Shown: piece by piece, positions 25,777-34,761 of the stretch | Position numbering within the stretch: position 1 is the stretch's first letter | Layout: each line of letters begins with the position of its first letter | Assembly (NCBI GenBank): GCA_021790425.1 | Contig: JAJYEA010000007.1 | Coordinates: 696 to 64,695 of the forward strand | Reading direction: 5' to 3' | Origin: Thermoplasmata archaeon | GTDB taxonomy: Archaea; Thermoplasmatota; Thermoplasmata; Lutacidiplasmatales; UBA184 | DNA length: 64,000 nucleotides | Made by a program: the position numbers and the translations under genes | Notes under the pieces: model-generated | The model's database searches: none | Seen by the model: the letters and a program-made list of their open reading frames with translations, nothing else | What the model was told of the DNA's origin: nothing

Positions 25777-28743
25777 ATGCATCGGGAGCCACTGCAGCCT
25801 CGGGCCTCTCTTCCTCACCGAAGGAACCGCCTTGCGCGGGGGGAAGGACAGATCCGTCTCCTCGTCTGGTGCGTGATACCGGCGCTGCTGGTCGTGTCCC
25901 TCCCCGCCTCGTCCGCCCAGGTCGTTTCCCCTCGTTCGGACCTCGCGGTCATGGGGTCGCCGCCCGCCTCGGGCACGGGATTCTCCCTTTCGGGGGTGAG
26001 CGTCAGCCCCTCCTCGGCCACCTTGCCCCTCGGGACCTCCACCAACTTCACCGCGATCCCGGCGTGCTCGGGGGGGCCGTGCCCCGACGGCGTCACCTAC
26101 GCGTGGTCGCTCACGAACGCCTTGGGCTCCCTCGCATATTCCACCTCCAACTCGGTCATCGCGAGGGTGGGCACCGGGGGCGAGGTCCCCTCGGGCATCG
26201 CGTACGATGGCGCCAATGGGGACATCTACGTGACGAACGACAACGCCTTCGCGACGAGCCTGCCGAGCAACGTCAGCGTGTTCAACGGAAGCACGAACAC
26301 GCTCCTCACGAAGATCACCGTGGGAGCGAGCCCGGCGGGGATCGCCTACGACCGGGACAACGGTGACCTCTACGTCGCGAACTGCGGTTCGGGCAACCTG
26401 AGCGTCATCAACGGGTCGACCAACACGGTGGTCGGCTCCCTCCCCGTCACCCTGTCGGGGTGCACGATCGGCTCGAAGCTGTACATGAACTACGCCGGAC
26501 TGGCGTATGACTGGGGCAACCACCTGCTCTACTTCTCGGAGTACGGGAACAGCGAGGTAGGGGTGCTCAACACCACGACCGGCCGGGTCGTCGCCACCGT
26601 CGGCGTCCTCGGGGATCCCTGGGGGCTGGTCTACGTCCCTTCGAGCCACGCCGTCTACGTGACCGACTTCCTCCACAACACCATGAACGTGATCGACGAC
26701 GCCACGAACCTCGTGACGACGACCGTCACCGTGGGCCTGAACCCGAGCGGCGTCGACTACGACTCGGCCAACGGCGACCTCTACGTTGCCGACGCGGGCA
26801 CGTGGGTGAAGAACTCCACCGGCTTCGGCAATGTGACCGTCGTCAACGCCTCCACCAACAAGGTGGTCTCCACGATCTTCGTGCGGGGGTATCCGTGGAT
26901 GGTCACCTACGACAGCGCGAACGGGTGCATCTACGAGACCGACAGCAACTCGACCGTCCTGCAGGTGATCTCGGGGAGCACGAACACGGTGGTGTCCAAG
27001 ATCGTCCTTTCGCCTTCCGGTTACTACAAGACGGCGGCCTTCGCCGAGGCCTACGACACGGGGAACGGGAACCTCTATGTCTCCGGCTTCAATCTCAACA
27101 TCGTCACCGTCGTCGGGGGAGCATCGCCGTCCGACCGGTTCACCGCCGGGCTCGTCCCCGGCAACGTGACCCTCTGGGTCAACGCCACCTGGAACGGGAC
27201 GCGCGCGCAGGCTCCCCCCGTCCCCATCTCCCTGTACGCCGCCCCTCCCTCGCTCGTGGGGGTGTCGATCAATCCCCCGACAGGATATCTGCTCGAGAAC
27301 CGTTCGATGAGCTTCCGGGCAACGCCCTCCTGTACGGGATCCCCCTGTCCGACCGGGATGGCGATCACGTGGGCCGTCAACAACAGCCTCAGTACCCTGA
27401 ACACCACCCAGGGCCCCGTCGTGAACCTCACCGCCGGGCCCCTAGCCGGGTCCCTGCGGCTGTCCGCGACCGCCTCGTGGAACGGTACCACCGAGACCGG
27501 GTACGCGTTTGTCACGATCGGGGGCGTCGTCCCGGCCTTCTATCCCCTGAAGTTTCTCGCCCGGGGGCTCCCTTCGGGAGTTCCCTGGAACGTCACGGTG
27601 GAAGGAGTGACGCTCCGTTCGACCAACGGCTCGCTCGTCTTCGAGGAGACCAACGGGACGTACGCCTTCACCGTCGGGGTCGCCTCCTCCTATCACCCGT
27701 CCCCGGGCAGCGGGACCATCACCCTCCGCGACAGTGGCCAGAACGTGACCGTGAACTTCACCCTCGTGACCTACCCGGTCGGATTCGGGGAGGTCGGCCT
27801 GGCCTCCGGGACGAGCTGGACGGTCACGGTGGGCACCGATGTCCGGTCCACGATCGGCTCGAGCCTGACGTTCCCCGAACTGAACGGGACGTATGCGTAC
27901 GAGGTCCCGGCCGTCTCGGGCTACTCCGGGTCCCCGAGCACGGGAACGGTCCAGGTCCTGGGGGCGGGGACGTCCGTCTCCCTCCTCTTCGTGCCGAATC
28001 CGACGGTGGCGTCCGTCGTGATCGTTTCCGCTCCCTCCCGCCTGGCCGTGGGAGACCTGGCGTCCTTGACCGCCGAACCCACGTGCTCGGCCGGCGCATG
28101 CCCCCTGGGTTCGGTGACCTACCAGTGGATCGTCAACTCGTCGGCGGGTTCGGTGGCCCCCTCGACCGGCGCCTCGACCATGTTCACGGCGGGACCCGAC
28201 CCCGGGCTAGCGGTGGTCTCGGTGCTCGCCTCTCTGAACGACCGGTCGGCCGCCGCGACGGCGAACATCACCGTCTACCGCATCGAGCTCACCTCGGTGA
28301 GCATCACCCCCTCGACCGTGTCGATGTCGGCCGGAGGGTCGAAGACGTTCACCGCGGGGCTGACCTGCGGCACGGACCCTTGCCCGTCGGGCGCATCGTT
28401 CGCGTGGTCCCTGCCCTCGTCCGCGGGCTCGCTCAGCTCCCGGAACGGACCCAGCACGACGGTGGCGGCCGGCTGGGACTCCGGTATCGTGAACCTGACC
28501 GTGACCGTGACGCTGGATGGGGTGACCGAGCGGGCCGTGGCCGCACTCCACGTCACCGAGAAACCTGGCCCGGGCCCCATCCCGTTCGGGTCCTCCGGGG
28601 CTCCCGGCGTGCCGGAGACGCTGGTCGCGGGCGTCGCGCTCCTCATCGGGGCCGCGGGAGTGGCGCTGGGCACCCGGCGGCGCAACGCGCATCCCCTGGA
28701 CCTGCCACCGTCATCGCACGGATCGGGACCTCCGACCCACTAG
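25777..28743 (+). CDS. Large surface protein with a signal peptide, YVTN-type beta-propeller repeats, Ig-like CxGGxCP repeats and a C-terminal TM anchor
   Basis: Signal-like LLVWCVIPALLVVSLPASSAQ. Repeated ~40-aa units (GIAYDGANGDIYVTN, GIAYDRDNGDLYVAN, GLAYDWGNHLLYFSE, GVDYDSANGDLYVAD, MVTYDSANGCIYETD) are YVTN/NHL-like. The same Ig-like repeat family as in 1..3317 is present. The tail is LVAGVALLIGAAGVALGTRRRN. An alternative ATG lies at 25747. Confidence 0.85.
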   Translation: MHREPLQPRASLPHRRNRLARGEGQIRLLVWCVIPALLVVSLPASSAQVVSPRSDLAVMGSPPASGTGFSLSGVSVSPSSATLPLGTSTNFTAIPACSGGPCPDGVTYAWSLTNALGSLAYSTSNSVIARVGTGGEVPSGIAYDGANGDIYVTNDNAFATSLPSNVSVFNGSTNTLLTKITVGASPAGIAYDRDNGDLYVANCGSGNLSVINGSTNTVVGSLPVTLSGCTIGSKLYMNYAGLAYDWGNHLLYFSEYGNSEVGVLNTTTGRVVATVGVLGDPWGLVYVPSSHAVYVTDFLHNTMNVIDDATNLVTTTVTVGLNPSGVDYDSANGDLYVADAGTWVKNSTGFGNVTVVNASTNKVVSTIFVRGYPWMVTYDSANGCIYETDSNSTVLQVISGSTNTVVSKIVLSPSGYYKTAAFAEAYDTGNGNLYVSGFNLNIVTVVGGASPSDRFTAGLVPGNVTLWVNATWNGTRAQAPPVPISLYAAPPSLVGVSINPPTGYLLENRSMSFRATPSCTGSPCPTGMAITWAVNNSLSTLNTTQGPVVNLTAGPLAGSLRLSATASWNGTTETGYAFVTIGGVVPAFYPLKFLARGLPSGVPWNVTVEGVTLRSTNGSLVFEETNGTYAFTVGVASSYHPSPGSGTITLRDSGQNVTVNFTLVTYPVGFGEVGLASGTSWTVTVGTDVRSTIGSSLTFPELNGTYAYEVPAVSGYSGSPSTGTVQVLGAGTSVSLLFVPNPTVASVVIVSAPSRLAVGDLASLTAEPTCSAGACPLGSVTYQWIVNSSAGSVAPSTGASTMFTAGPDPGLAVVSVLASLNDRSAAATANITVYRIELTSVSITPSTVSMSAGGSKTFTAGLTCGTDPCPSGASFAWSLPSSAGSLSSRNGPSTTVAAGWDSGIVNLTVTVTLDGVTERAVAALHVTEKPGPGPIPFGSSGAPGVPETLVAGVALLIGAAGVALGTRRRNAHPLDLPPSSHGSGPPTH

Positions 28744-28848
28744 CCCTGACCGCTGGCGACGCGGGTTCCCTCTCCCCCTTCAGATGAGCGCCACCGCGTC
28801 TCTCGGGCGCTTCGTGCGGGTTATATCTCCGGGGCCGATGCCTGCACC

Positions 28849-30867
28849 GTGCCGTTCGAGCTCGTGACCCCTATGACCCCTCGCGGGGACCAGCCGGAGG
28901 CCATCCGGGCGCTGGTCGCCTCCCTGCGCGAGGGCAAGCGCCACCAGACGCTGCTGGGGGTCACCGGGTCGGGGAAGACGTTCACGATGGCCCACGTGAT
29001 CGCGGAGCTGGACCGGCCCGCGCTCGTGATCTCGCCGAACAAGACGCTCGCGGCCCAGTTGACGAGCGAGTTCCGGGACCTCTTCCCCCACAATGCCGTG
29101 GAGTACTTCGTCAGCTACTACGACTACTACCAGCCGGAGGCGTACGTTCCCTCCATCGATCTCTACATCGAGAAGGACGCCTCGATCAACGAGGAGATCG
29201 ACCGGCTCCGCCACCGGGCCACGCAGGCCCTCCTGACCCGCCGCGACGTCATCATCGTGGCCTCCGTGAGCTGCATCTACGGGTTGGGGTCCCCGGAGGA
29301 GTATCGCGCGAGCGTCCTCGAGATCCGCCGGGGAAGCGAGTGGCCCCGGAAGACGCTCCTCTCTAAGCTCGTGTCGATGCGCTACGAGCGGAACGACACG
29401 GTGCTCGAGCGGGGTTGCTTCCGGGTGCGGGGCTCCACCATCGACGTGATGGACACGACCTCCCTCGCCTACCGACTCGCGTTCGACGGCGACCGGGTGG
29501 AGGGCGTCCAGGAGCTCGACGCGCTCTCCGGCGAGCCGGGGGCGGAGCTCCCGTCCGTCGTCCTCTTCCCGGCGACCCACTTCATCGCCTCCCCCGAGCG
29601 GGTGGCCGAGGCCGTCGAGGGGATACGGAAGGAGCTCGGGGAGCGCGTGGCGGAGCTCGACCGGGAAAAGAAGGTCGTGGAGTCCTCGAGGATCCGGAGC
29701 CGGACCGAGTACGACCTCGACATGATCCGGGAGACCGGCTACTGCACGGGCATCGAGAACTACTCCCGGTACTTCTCCGGCCGACCGGCGGGGGAGCCCC
29801 CCTTCACGTTGATGGACTTCTTCCCCGAGGACCGCCTGGTCTTCCTCGACGAGTCCCACGTCACGGCCCCCCAGCTCCGGGGAATGTACGAGGGGGACAA
29901 GAGCCGCAAGAACAACCTCGTCGACTTCGGGTGGCGGCTTCCCTCCTGTCGGGACAACCGCCCCCTGCGCTGGCACGAGTTCCTGGAGCGCTCCCCCCAG
30001 GTGGTCTTCGTGTCGGCCACGCCGGGGCCGCTCGAGCTCAAGTTGAGCGGGTCCGTGGTGGAGCAGATCATCCGCCCCACCGGGCTCGTAGACCCTCCCA
30101 TCGAGGTCCGGCCGCTGAAGGGGCACGTGAAGGACCTGCTGGGGGAGCTGGAGGCGCGCGCGAAGCGGGGCGAGCGCTCGCTCGTCACCACGCTCACGAA
30201 GGCCACCGCGGAGGACCTCGCCTCGCACCTGAGCTCCCAGGGGCTCAAGGTCCGCTATCTGCACTCGGAGGTGGAGACGCTCAAGCGCATCGAGATCATC
30301 CGCGACCTGCGGATGGGACGCTTTGACGTCCTCGTCGGGGTCAACCTCCTCCGCGAAGGGCTCGACATGCCCGAGGTGAGCCTCGTGGCCATCCTCGACG
30401 CCGACAAGGAGGGCTACCTGCGCTCCGAGACCTCGATCATCCAGACCTCGGGCCGCGCCTCGCGTAACCTGAACGGGCGGGTGATCCTCTACGCGGACCG
30501 CATTACCGGGTCGATGGAGAGGGCCATCCGCGAGATGGAGCGGCGGAGGGAGAAGCAATCGCATTTCAACGAGGCCCACGGGATCGTCCCGGAGACGATC
30601 GTCAAGGAGGTGCACAGCCTGCTGGGGACGGAGTCGGCGCCGTCCGGGGAGCTCTCGACCACGGGTCTCGGGAAGCACTGGAAGGACCGCCTTCCGCTCC
30701 TCATCGCGAACATGGAGGAGGAGATGCGCCTGGCCGCCGAGCGGCTCGACTTCGAGGAGGCGGCGCGCATCCGCGATCGCATCCGCTCGTTCCTGAGCTC
30801 GGGGGCCTCCGGGCCGCCGCCCGATCCCGCACCGCCCAGCGCCCCACGCGGCGGGAAGCGCCGATAG
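28849..30867 (+). CDS. uvrB: Excinuclease ABC subunit B
   Basis: GDQPEAI, GVTGSGKTF, the beta-hairpin YYDYYQPEAY, helicase motifs and the C-terminal UVR domain (EEEMRLAAERLDFEEAARIRDRI). Confidence 0.95.
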   Translation: MPFELVTPMTPRGDQPEAIRALVASLREGKRHQTLLGVTGSGKTFTMAHVIAELDRPALVISPNKTLAAQLTSEFRDLFPHNAVEYFVSYYDYYQPEAYVPSIDLYIEKDASINEEIDRLRHRATQALLTRRDVIIVASVSCIYGLGSPEEYRASVLEIRRGSEWPRKTLLSKLVSMRYERNDTVLERGCFRVRGSTIDVMDTTSLAYRLAFDGDRVEGVQELDALSGEPGAELPSVVLFPATHFIASPERVAEAVEGIRKELGERVAELDREKKVVESSRIRSRTEYDLDMIRETGYCTGIENYSRYFSGRPAGEPPFTLMDFFPEDRLVFLDESHVTAPQLRGMYEGDKSRKNNLVDFGWRLPSCRDNRPLRWHEFLERSPQVVFVSATPGPLELKLSGSVVEQIIRPTGLVDPPIEVRPLKGHVKDLLGELEARAKRGERSLVTTLTKATAEDLASHLSSQGLKVRYLHSEVETLKRIEIIRDLRMGRFDVLVGVNLLREGLDMPEVSLVAILDADKEGYLRSETSIIQTSGRASRNLNGRVILYADRITGSMERAIREMERRREKQSHFNEAHGIVPETIVKEVHSLLGTESAPSGELSTTGLGKHWKDRLPLLIANMEEEMRLAAERLDFEEAARIRDRIRSFLSSGASGPPPDPAPPSAPRGGKRR

Positions 30868-30925
30868 CTCTCTCGGGTCTGCGAAGAGGCCCCGGCCCCC
30901 CGTATGACCCGGGGTGACCGCTCTC

Positions 30926-31759
30926 CTACGGGAGCGGGATCCTTCCGGTCTCGACGCGGATCTGGCCGTTCTTCCGCGTCGCGTGAAGGTACGTCCCGTT
31001 CACGAGGGGATGCCAGTCGGTGCGGGACCAGTCCATGGGCTCGCTGGCCACGACGACGTTCCCCGGGCCCTCGCGGTAGGTCATCTGATAGTAGGGGAGG
31101 TCGGGTCCTCCGACGGACTTGCCGTGGTCTCCCGTATAGTGGCAGAAGGCCCAGAGCTCGTCCGGGGACCGGGAGAAGAGCACGTTGAGCCCGCTGTAGG
31201 GGAAGCGGCGGGGGTGCCCGTTCTTCTGCCACACGTCCCCGAGGGTCCGGACGGTCCGCCCGTACCCCTGAAGAGGATCGTGCTCCGCGTCGATCGAGGC
31301 GAGGAGGAGATAGAAGAGGACCTCGGAGTCGTTCACGCCCAGGAGGGAGTTGGCGTAGGCCCCGAGGTAAGGGCGGGTCGCCTGGGGCAGCGGGATCGAT
31401 CCGTTGTGGGCGAAGAGATGGGTCCCGTGGGAATACGGCTGGCTGTTCGCGAGGCCGATGATCTCCCCCCGGGAGAGCTTCATCGGATTGCTCGCCTTGC
31501 GGAGGTGCGCTATGACCATCGGGCCGCGGGCGTGCTCGGCGGCGGCCTCAAAGTGGGGCCGCTCGGAGAGCGCGTAGGCCCCGCCGGCTCCCTTGACGAC
31601 CTCGGGACGGCCGTTCTTCCACCACGCGATCCCCCATCCGTCCTGCTGCAGGTGCGCGGGGTTGATGTTCGACTGACGGAGGAGGGAGTTCTCGGAGCGG
31701 AGGAGCCACCCCGCGGGGGAGAGTTCCCCGGTGGCGAGGAGGCCGAAGAGGCGACACAT
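30926..31759 (-). CDS. Class II (Ntn) glutamine amidotransferase-like protein (YafJ/EgtC-type)
   Basis: The N-terminal MCRLFG has the Cys2 nucleophile context, and the length and pattern fit GATase_4. Confidence 0.7.
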   Translation of the reverse strand: MCRLFGLLATGELSPAGWLLRSENSLLRQSNINPAHLQQDGWGIAWWKNGRPEVVKGAGGAYALSERPHFEAAAEHARGPMVIAHLRKASNPMKLSRGEIIGLANSQPYSHGTHLFAHNGSIPLPQATRPYLGAYANSLLGVNDSEVLFYLLLASIDAEHDPLQGYGRTVRTLGDVWQKNGHPRRFPYSGLNVLFSRSPDELWAFCHYTGDHGKSVGGPDLPYYQMTYREGPGNVVVASEPMDWSRTDWHPLVNGTYLHATRKNGQIRVETGRIPLP

Positions 31760-31801
31760 GGTCGGGTACGGGCCTCCCTGACGCGGATGACCGGGACGCG
31801 G

Positions 31802-32023
31802 TTACTTGACGATGTAGTAGCCGGCGGCCTTCTCGCGGACCTTGCGGCGGACGTATCCCTTGTTCTGGAGGTCCTGGAGCACGTTCATGACCATGTTCTT
31901 GGGGAGCTTCGAGGCCATGGTGATCCGCTCGGCGGTCCCCATCTTGTCCTCGGTGCTCAACCCGAGATCTTTCATTGACTTGTAGACCTTCAGGGCGTTG
32001 CCGCCCAGCTCCTCGTCTGCCAT
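31802..32023 (-). CDS. Small winged-helix DNA-binding protein (73 aa)
   Basis: MADEELGGNALKVYKSMKDLGLSTEDKMGTAERITMASKLPKNMVMNVLQDLQNKGYVRRK: helix-turn-helix plus wing. Confidence 0.5.
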   Translation of the reverse strand: MADEELGGNALKVYKSMKDLGLSTEDKMGTAERITMASKLPKNMVMNVLQDLQNKGYVRRKVREKAAGYYIVK

Positions 32024-32108
32024 TGTCCCGAGGCATTTAGGGGGAGCAGTATAAAAAGTTCCCCGGGAGGACCGGCTCGTCCCCCCGGGGGGGTTCACGC
32101 TCGGGCGT

Positions 32109-34460
32109 CTACTGGTGGGGAGGTGCTCCTCCGGAGTTGTCCCAGCCGGCCGAGCCCTGGGCATCCGAGGCGGGCGCGGCGGGGGGGGTCTTCTTGCGCA
32201 TCAACACCACGACGAGGACGCCGACCACGACCACGGCGACCACCCCGATGACGATGTAGAGGGTGGTTCCCGAGAGTCCTCCCGCTCCCCCGCCCGAGGA
32301 TCCCCCGGAGGAGGTCGCGGTGAACGTCACGGTCGAGGTCGCGTTCCCGGACACCGTCAGCGTGCCCTGGGCCGTCCCGACGGAGTATCCCGATGGCACG
32401 AGGACCCTGTAGTTGTAGGTCCCGGCCTTCACCGTGAAATCGAGTGACGCGGTCGAGGCGTTCTCGTACGTCCCGTTGAACTCGATCCCCCACGTGGTCC
32501 CGCCCGCCAGGCCCTGCTCGGTGAAGGTCACCGTGTAGGGGGGCACGATCTTGGTGAAGTTCACCTGCTGGGAGGCCGGGCCGCCCTGGACGGTGATCGA
32601 ACCGGAGGCCGGGCTTATCGAGTACCCCGCCACGTTCGCGACCGTGTAGAGGAACGTGGTGTTCGGTTCGTTGAAGACGATGGGGGTTCCCGCGGGGGCG
32701 GTGACCGTCGTCGCGCTGTTGTTGACCGACCACGAGGTGCCGGCGGGAAGCCCCACGGCCGTGAACGTCACCGCGTACTGCATCGGGACGAAGGTGAAGA
32801 CCACGCTGAGGGGCCCGACGTTGGTCCCGCTGATCGTGACCGAGCCCGTCGTGTTGGCGGGGGCGTACCGGTCCACCATCGGGATGGTGAAGGAGTACGT
32901 GCCGTTGATGTAGGGGCCGAAGCCGAGTGTCGGGGTCGTGGAATGGACGGTCATCCCGTTGAGCGTCACCGACCAGTTCGTGCCCGAAGGCAGGTTCACT
33001 TCCGTGAAGGCCACCGTGAACACGGCCCGGAAGGTGATCTGGACCGGTGCGGTGGAGGCACTCACGGTCACATTGCCCGACGACGGGGACGCGAGGTATC
33101 CTGCGGGCGCCGTTACCGTGTAGGGTAGGGTTCCGCCGGGCGCGATGAACGCCATCGTGGGGCCCGTTCCCAACTGCGTAGTCCCGTTGAAGAAGACCGA
33201 CCAGGCGATCCCGCCGTGGATCCCAGTCTGGTCGAACATGACCCCGTAGAAGCCGGGGACGACCTGCGTCCAGTTGATGAAGACCGTGACGCCGGCCCCC
33301 GCCACCGTGACGACCCCCGAGGCGTTGGTGGTCGGCTCCCAGCCGGAGACGGCACCCACGGAATAGGCGTACGTGCCGTTGTGCATGCCGCCGACGCTGA
33401 TGATGTAGGAGCTGGTCGTGTAGAGAGTGCCGTTGAAGGTCACGGTCCACGTGGTGGGACCGAAGCCGGCGAACTGGACGGCGTACTCCCCGGGGATCGG
33501 GGCGAACGTGATGTTCTGGAGCATGTTCATGGTGGCGACGTTGAGCGTTCCGCTCCCCGGCGTCGCCGAGTACCCGATCAGGGTGGTGTTCCACGGGTAC
33601 GACTTCGGGAGGATGTGCAGGACGACGATGGACGTCGTGCCTCCGAAGACGTTGGTGGAGTAGAGCGTGCTGTTGAACGTTACCGCGAAGGTGAGCCCGC
33701 GGGCGATCCCCTTCTCGGCGAACGTGACGGTGTACTGGCCCGGCGGCTCGTTGAAGGTGATGTTCTGGGTCACCGACGCCCCGTTGATCACGATGGTCCC
33801 GCTTGCGGGGCTGGGGATCAGGCCGAGGGCGTTCGAGGTGTTCCAGGAGTACGATCCGTTCTTGAACGGCTGGAACGTCAGTCCCCGGAAGCCGGCCGGC
33901 TGGTACGTCCCGTTGAAGGTCACTCCCCAGGAGGTTCCGCGGGGGAGACCGGTCTGCTGGAAGGTGACGGCGTACTCCCCAGGCGGGAGCACGAAGGTGA
34001 TGTTCTGCCGCACGGAAAGGCCGGCGACCGGGACCGTGCCGGAGGCCGGGGAAGCGTCCAGACCGGCCGCGGTGGGCACGCTGAAAGCGTACGACCCGTT
34101 GGGGATCGGGGCGTAGTAAATGGAGGAATAGCCGTCACTGAACTGGGTCACGCTGTTGAAGGTGACCGACCAGTTGGTGCCGGAGGGGAGGCCGGACTCG
34201 TGGAAGGTGACGTTGTATCCCTGGAAGGCCGACGCGCGGTCGGGGGCCGCGGAGGCGCGGGCGAAGCCGACGTGGCGAGGAACGCTCGCCGGGGAGACGG
34301 GGGCGAGGGTGAAGATCCCGGAGGCGACAAAAAGTATCACGACGACCACCGTGAGCACGACCATGCGTGCCGTCCACCGATCGCCGTTGCCGTGCGAGTT
34401 CCCGAGACGGACGAGTTTCGCCGTGCCTTCTGCTCCCTTGGGTCGACCGAGTATGCCCAT
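32109..34460 (-). CDS. Large surface protein with ~9 tandem ~75-85-aa repeats (motif YxVTFxExGLPxGTxWxVTFNGT...NGTYxY) and a C-terminal TM anchor
   Basis: Start MGILGRP, with a GGGGG Shine-Dalgarno-like element 6 nt upstream. It has an N-terminal TM/signal, then repeats distinct from the Ig-like family. It is NxT/S-rich. The C-terminal helix IVIGVVAVVVVGVLVVVLM is followed by RKK. Confidence 0.8.
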   Translation of the reverse strand: MGILGRPKGAEGTAKLVRLGNSHGNGDRWTARMVVLTVVVVILFVASGIFTLAPVSPASVPRHVGFARASAAPDRASAFQGYNVTFHESGLPSGTNWSVTFNSVTQFSDGYSSIYYAPIPNGSYAFSVPTAAGLDASPASGTVPVAGLSVRQNITFVLPPGEYAVTFQQTGLPRGTSWGVTFNGTYQPAGFRGLTFQPFKNGSYSWNTSNALGLIPSPASGTIVINGASVTQNITFNEPPGQYTVTFAEKGIARGLTFAVTFNSTLYSTNVFGGTTSIVVLHILPKSYPWNTTLIGYSATPGSGTLNVATMNMLQNITFAPIPGEYAVQFAGFGPTTWTVTFNGTLYTTSSYIISVGGMHNGTYAYSVGAVSGWEPTTNASGVVTVAGAGVTVFINWTQVVPGFYGVMFDQTGIHGGIAWSVFFNGTTQLGTGPTMAFIAPGGTLPYTVTAPAGYLASPSSGNVTVSASTAPVQITFRAVFTVAFTEVNLPSGTNWSVTLNGMTVHSTTPTLGFGPYINGTYSFTIPMVDRYAPANTTGSVTISGTNVGPLSVVFTFVPMQYAVTFTAVGLPAGTSWSVNNSATTVTAPAGTPIVFNEPNTTFLYTVANVAGYSISPASGSITVQGGPASQQVNFTKIVPPYTVTFTEQGLAGGTTWGIEFNGTYENASTASLDFTVKAGTYNYRVLVPSGYSVGTAQGTLTVSGNATSTVTFTATSSGGSSGGGAGGLSGTTLYIVIGVVAVVVVGVLVVVLMRKKTPPAAPASDAQGSAGWDNSGGAPPHQ

Positions 34461-34761
34461 GTTTTCCCCCTGACCGGTGAGGTCGGACCCTGCCCACCAC
34501 AATCCGCGGGATGATAACCATTTCCTACCCGTGCTTTTGCATACCATACCACTCCTTTTCACTGATAGGCTCAGGTCCCCTGCAGATCGTCTCGGCGAGG
34601 GCGAGGGGAGGGGCCCGCGGACCGGCCCTCGACACCCCCGCCCTTCCAGTCGAGGTAAACCATTAAATACCGGGAACCGGTAGATGTAACAGCCGACAAA
34701 TGTCAGACAAAGAGCGCAGAATCATGGCACGCCTGTCCGACAGAGCCGGGGTGAACGTCCC

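Noticed and set aside
26802-28787. 661-aa + strand ORF
   Set aside because: An alternative frame inside the YVTN surface-protein gene. Its R/G/H/P-rich composition gives no domain signal.
28780-30678. 632-aa minus-strand ORF
   Set aside because: Antisense of uvrB.
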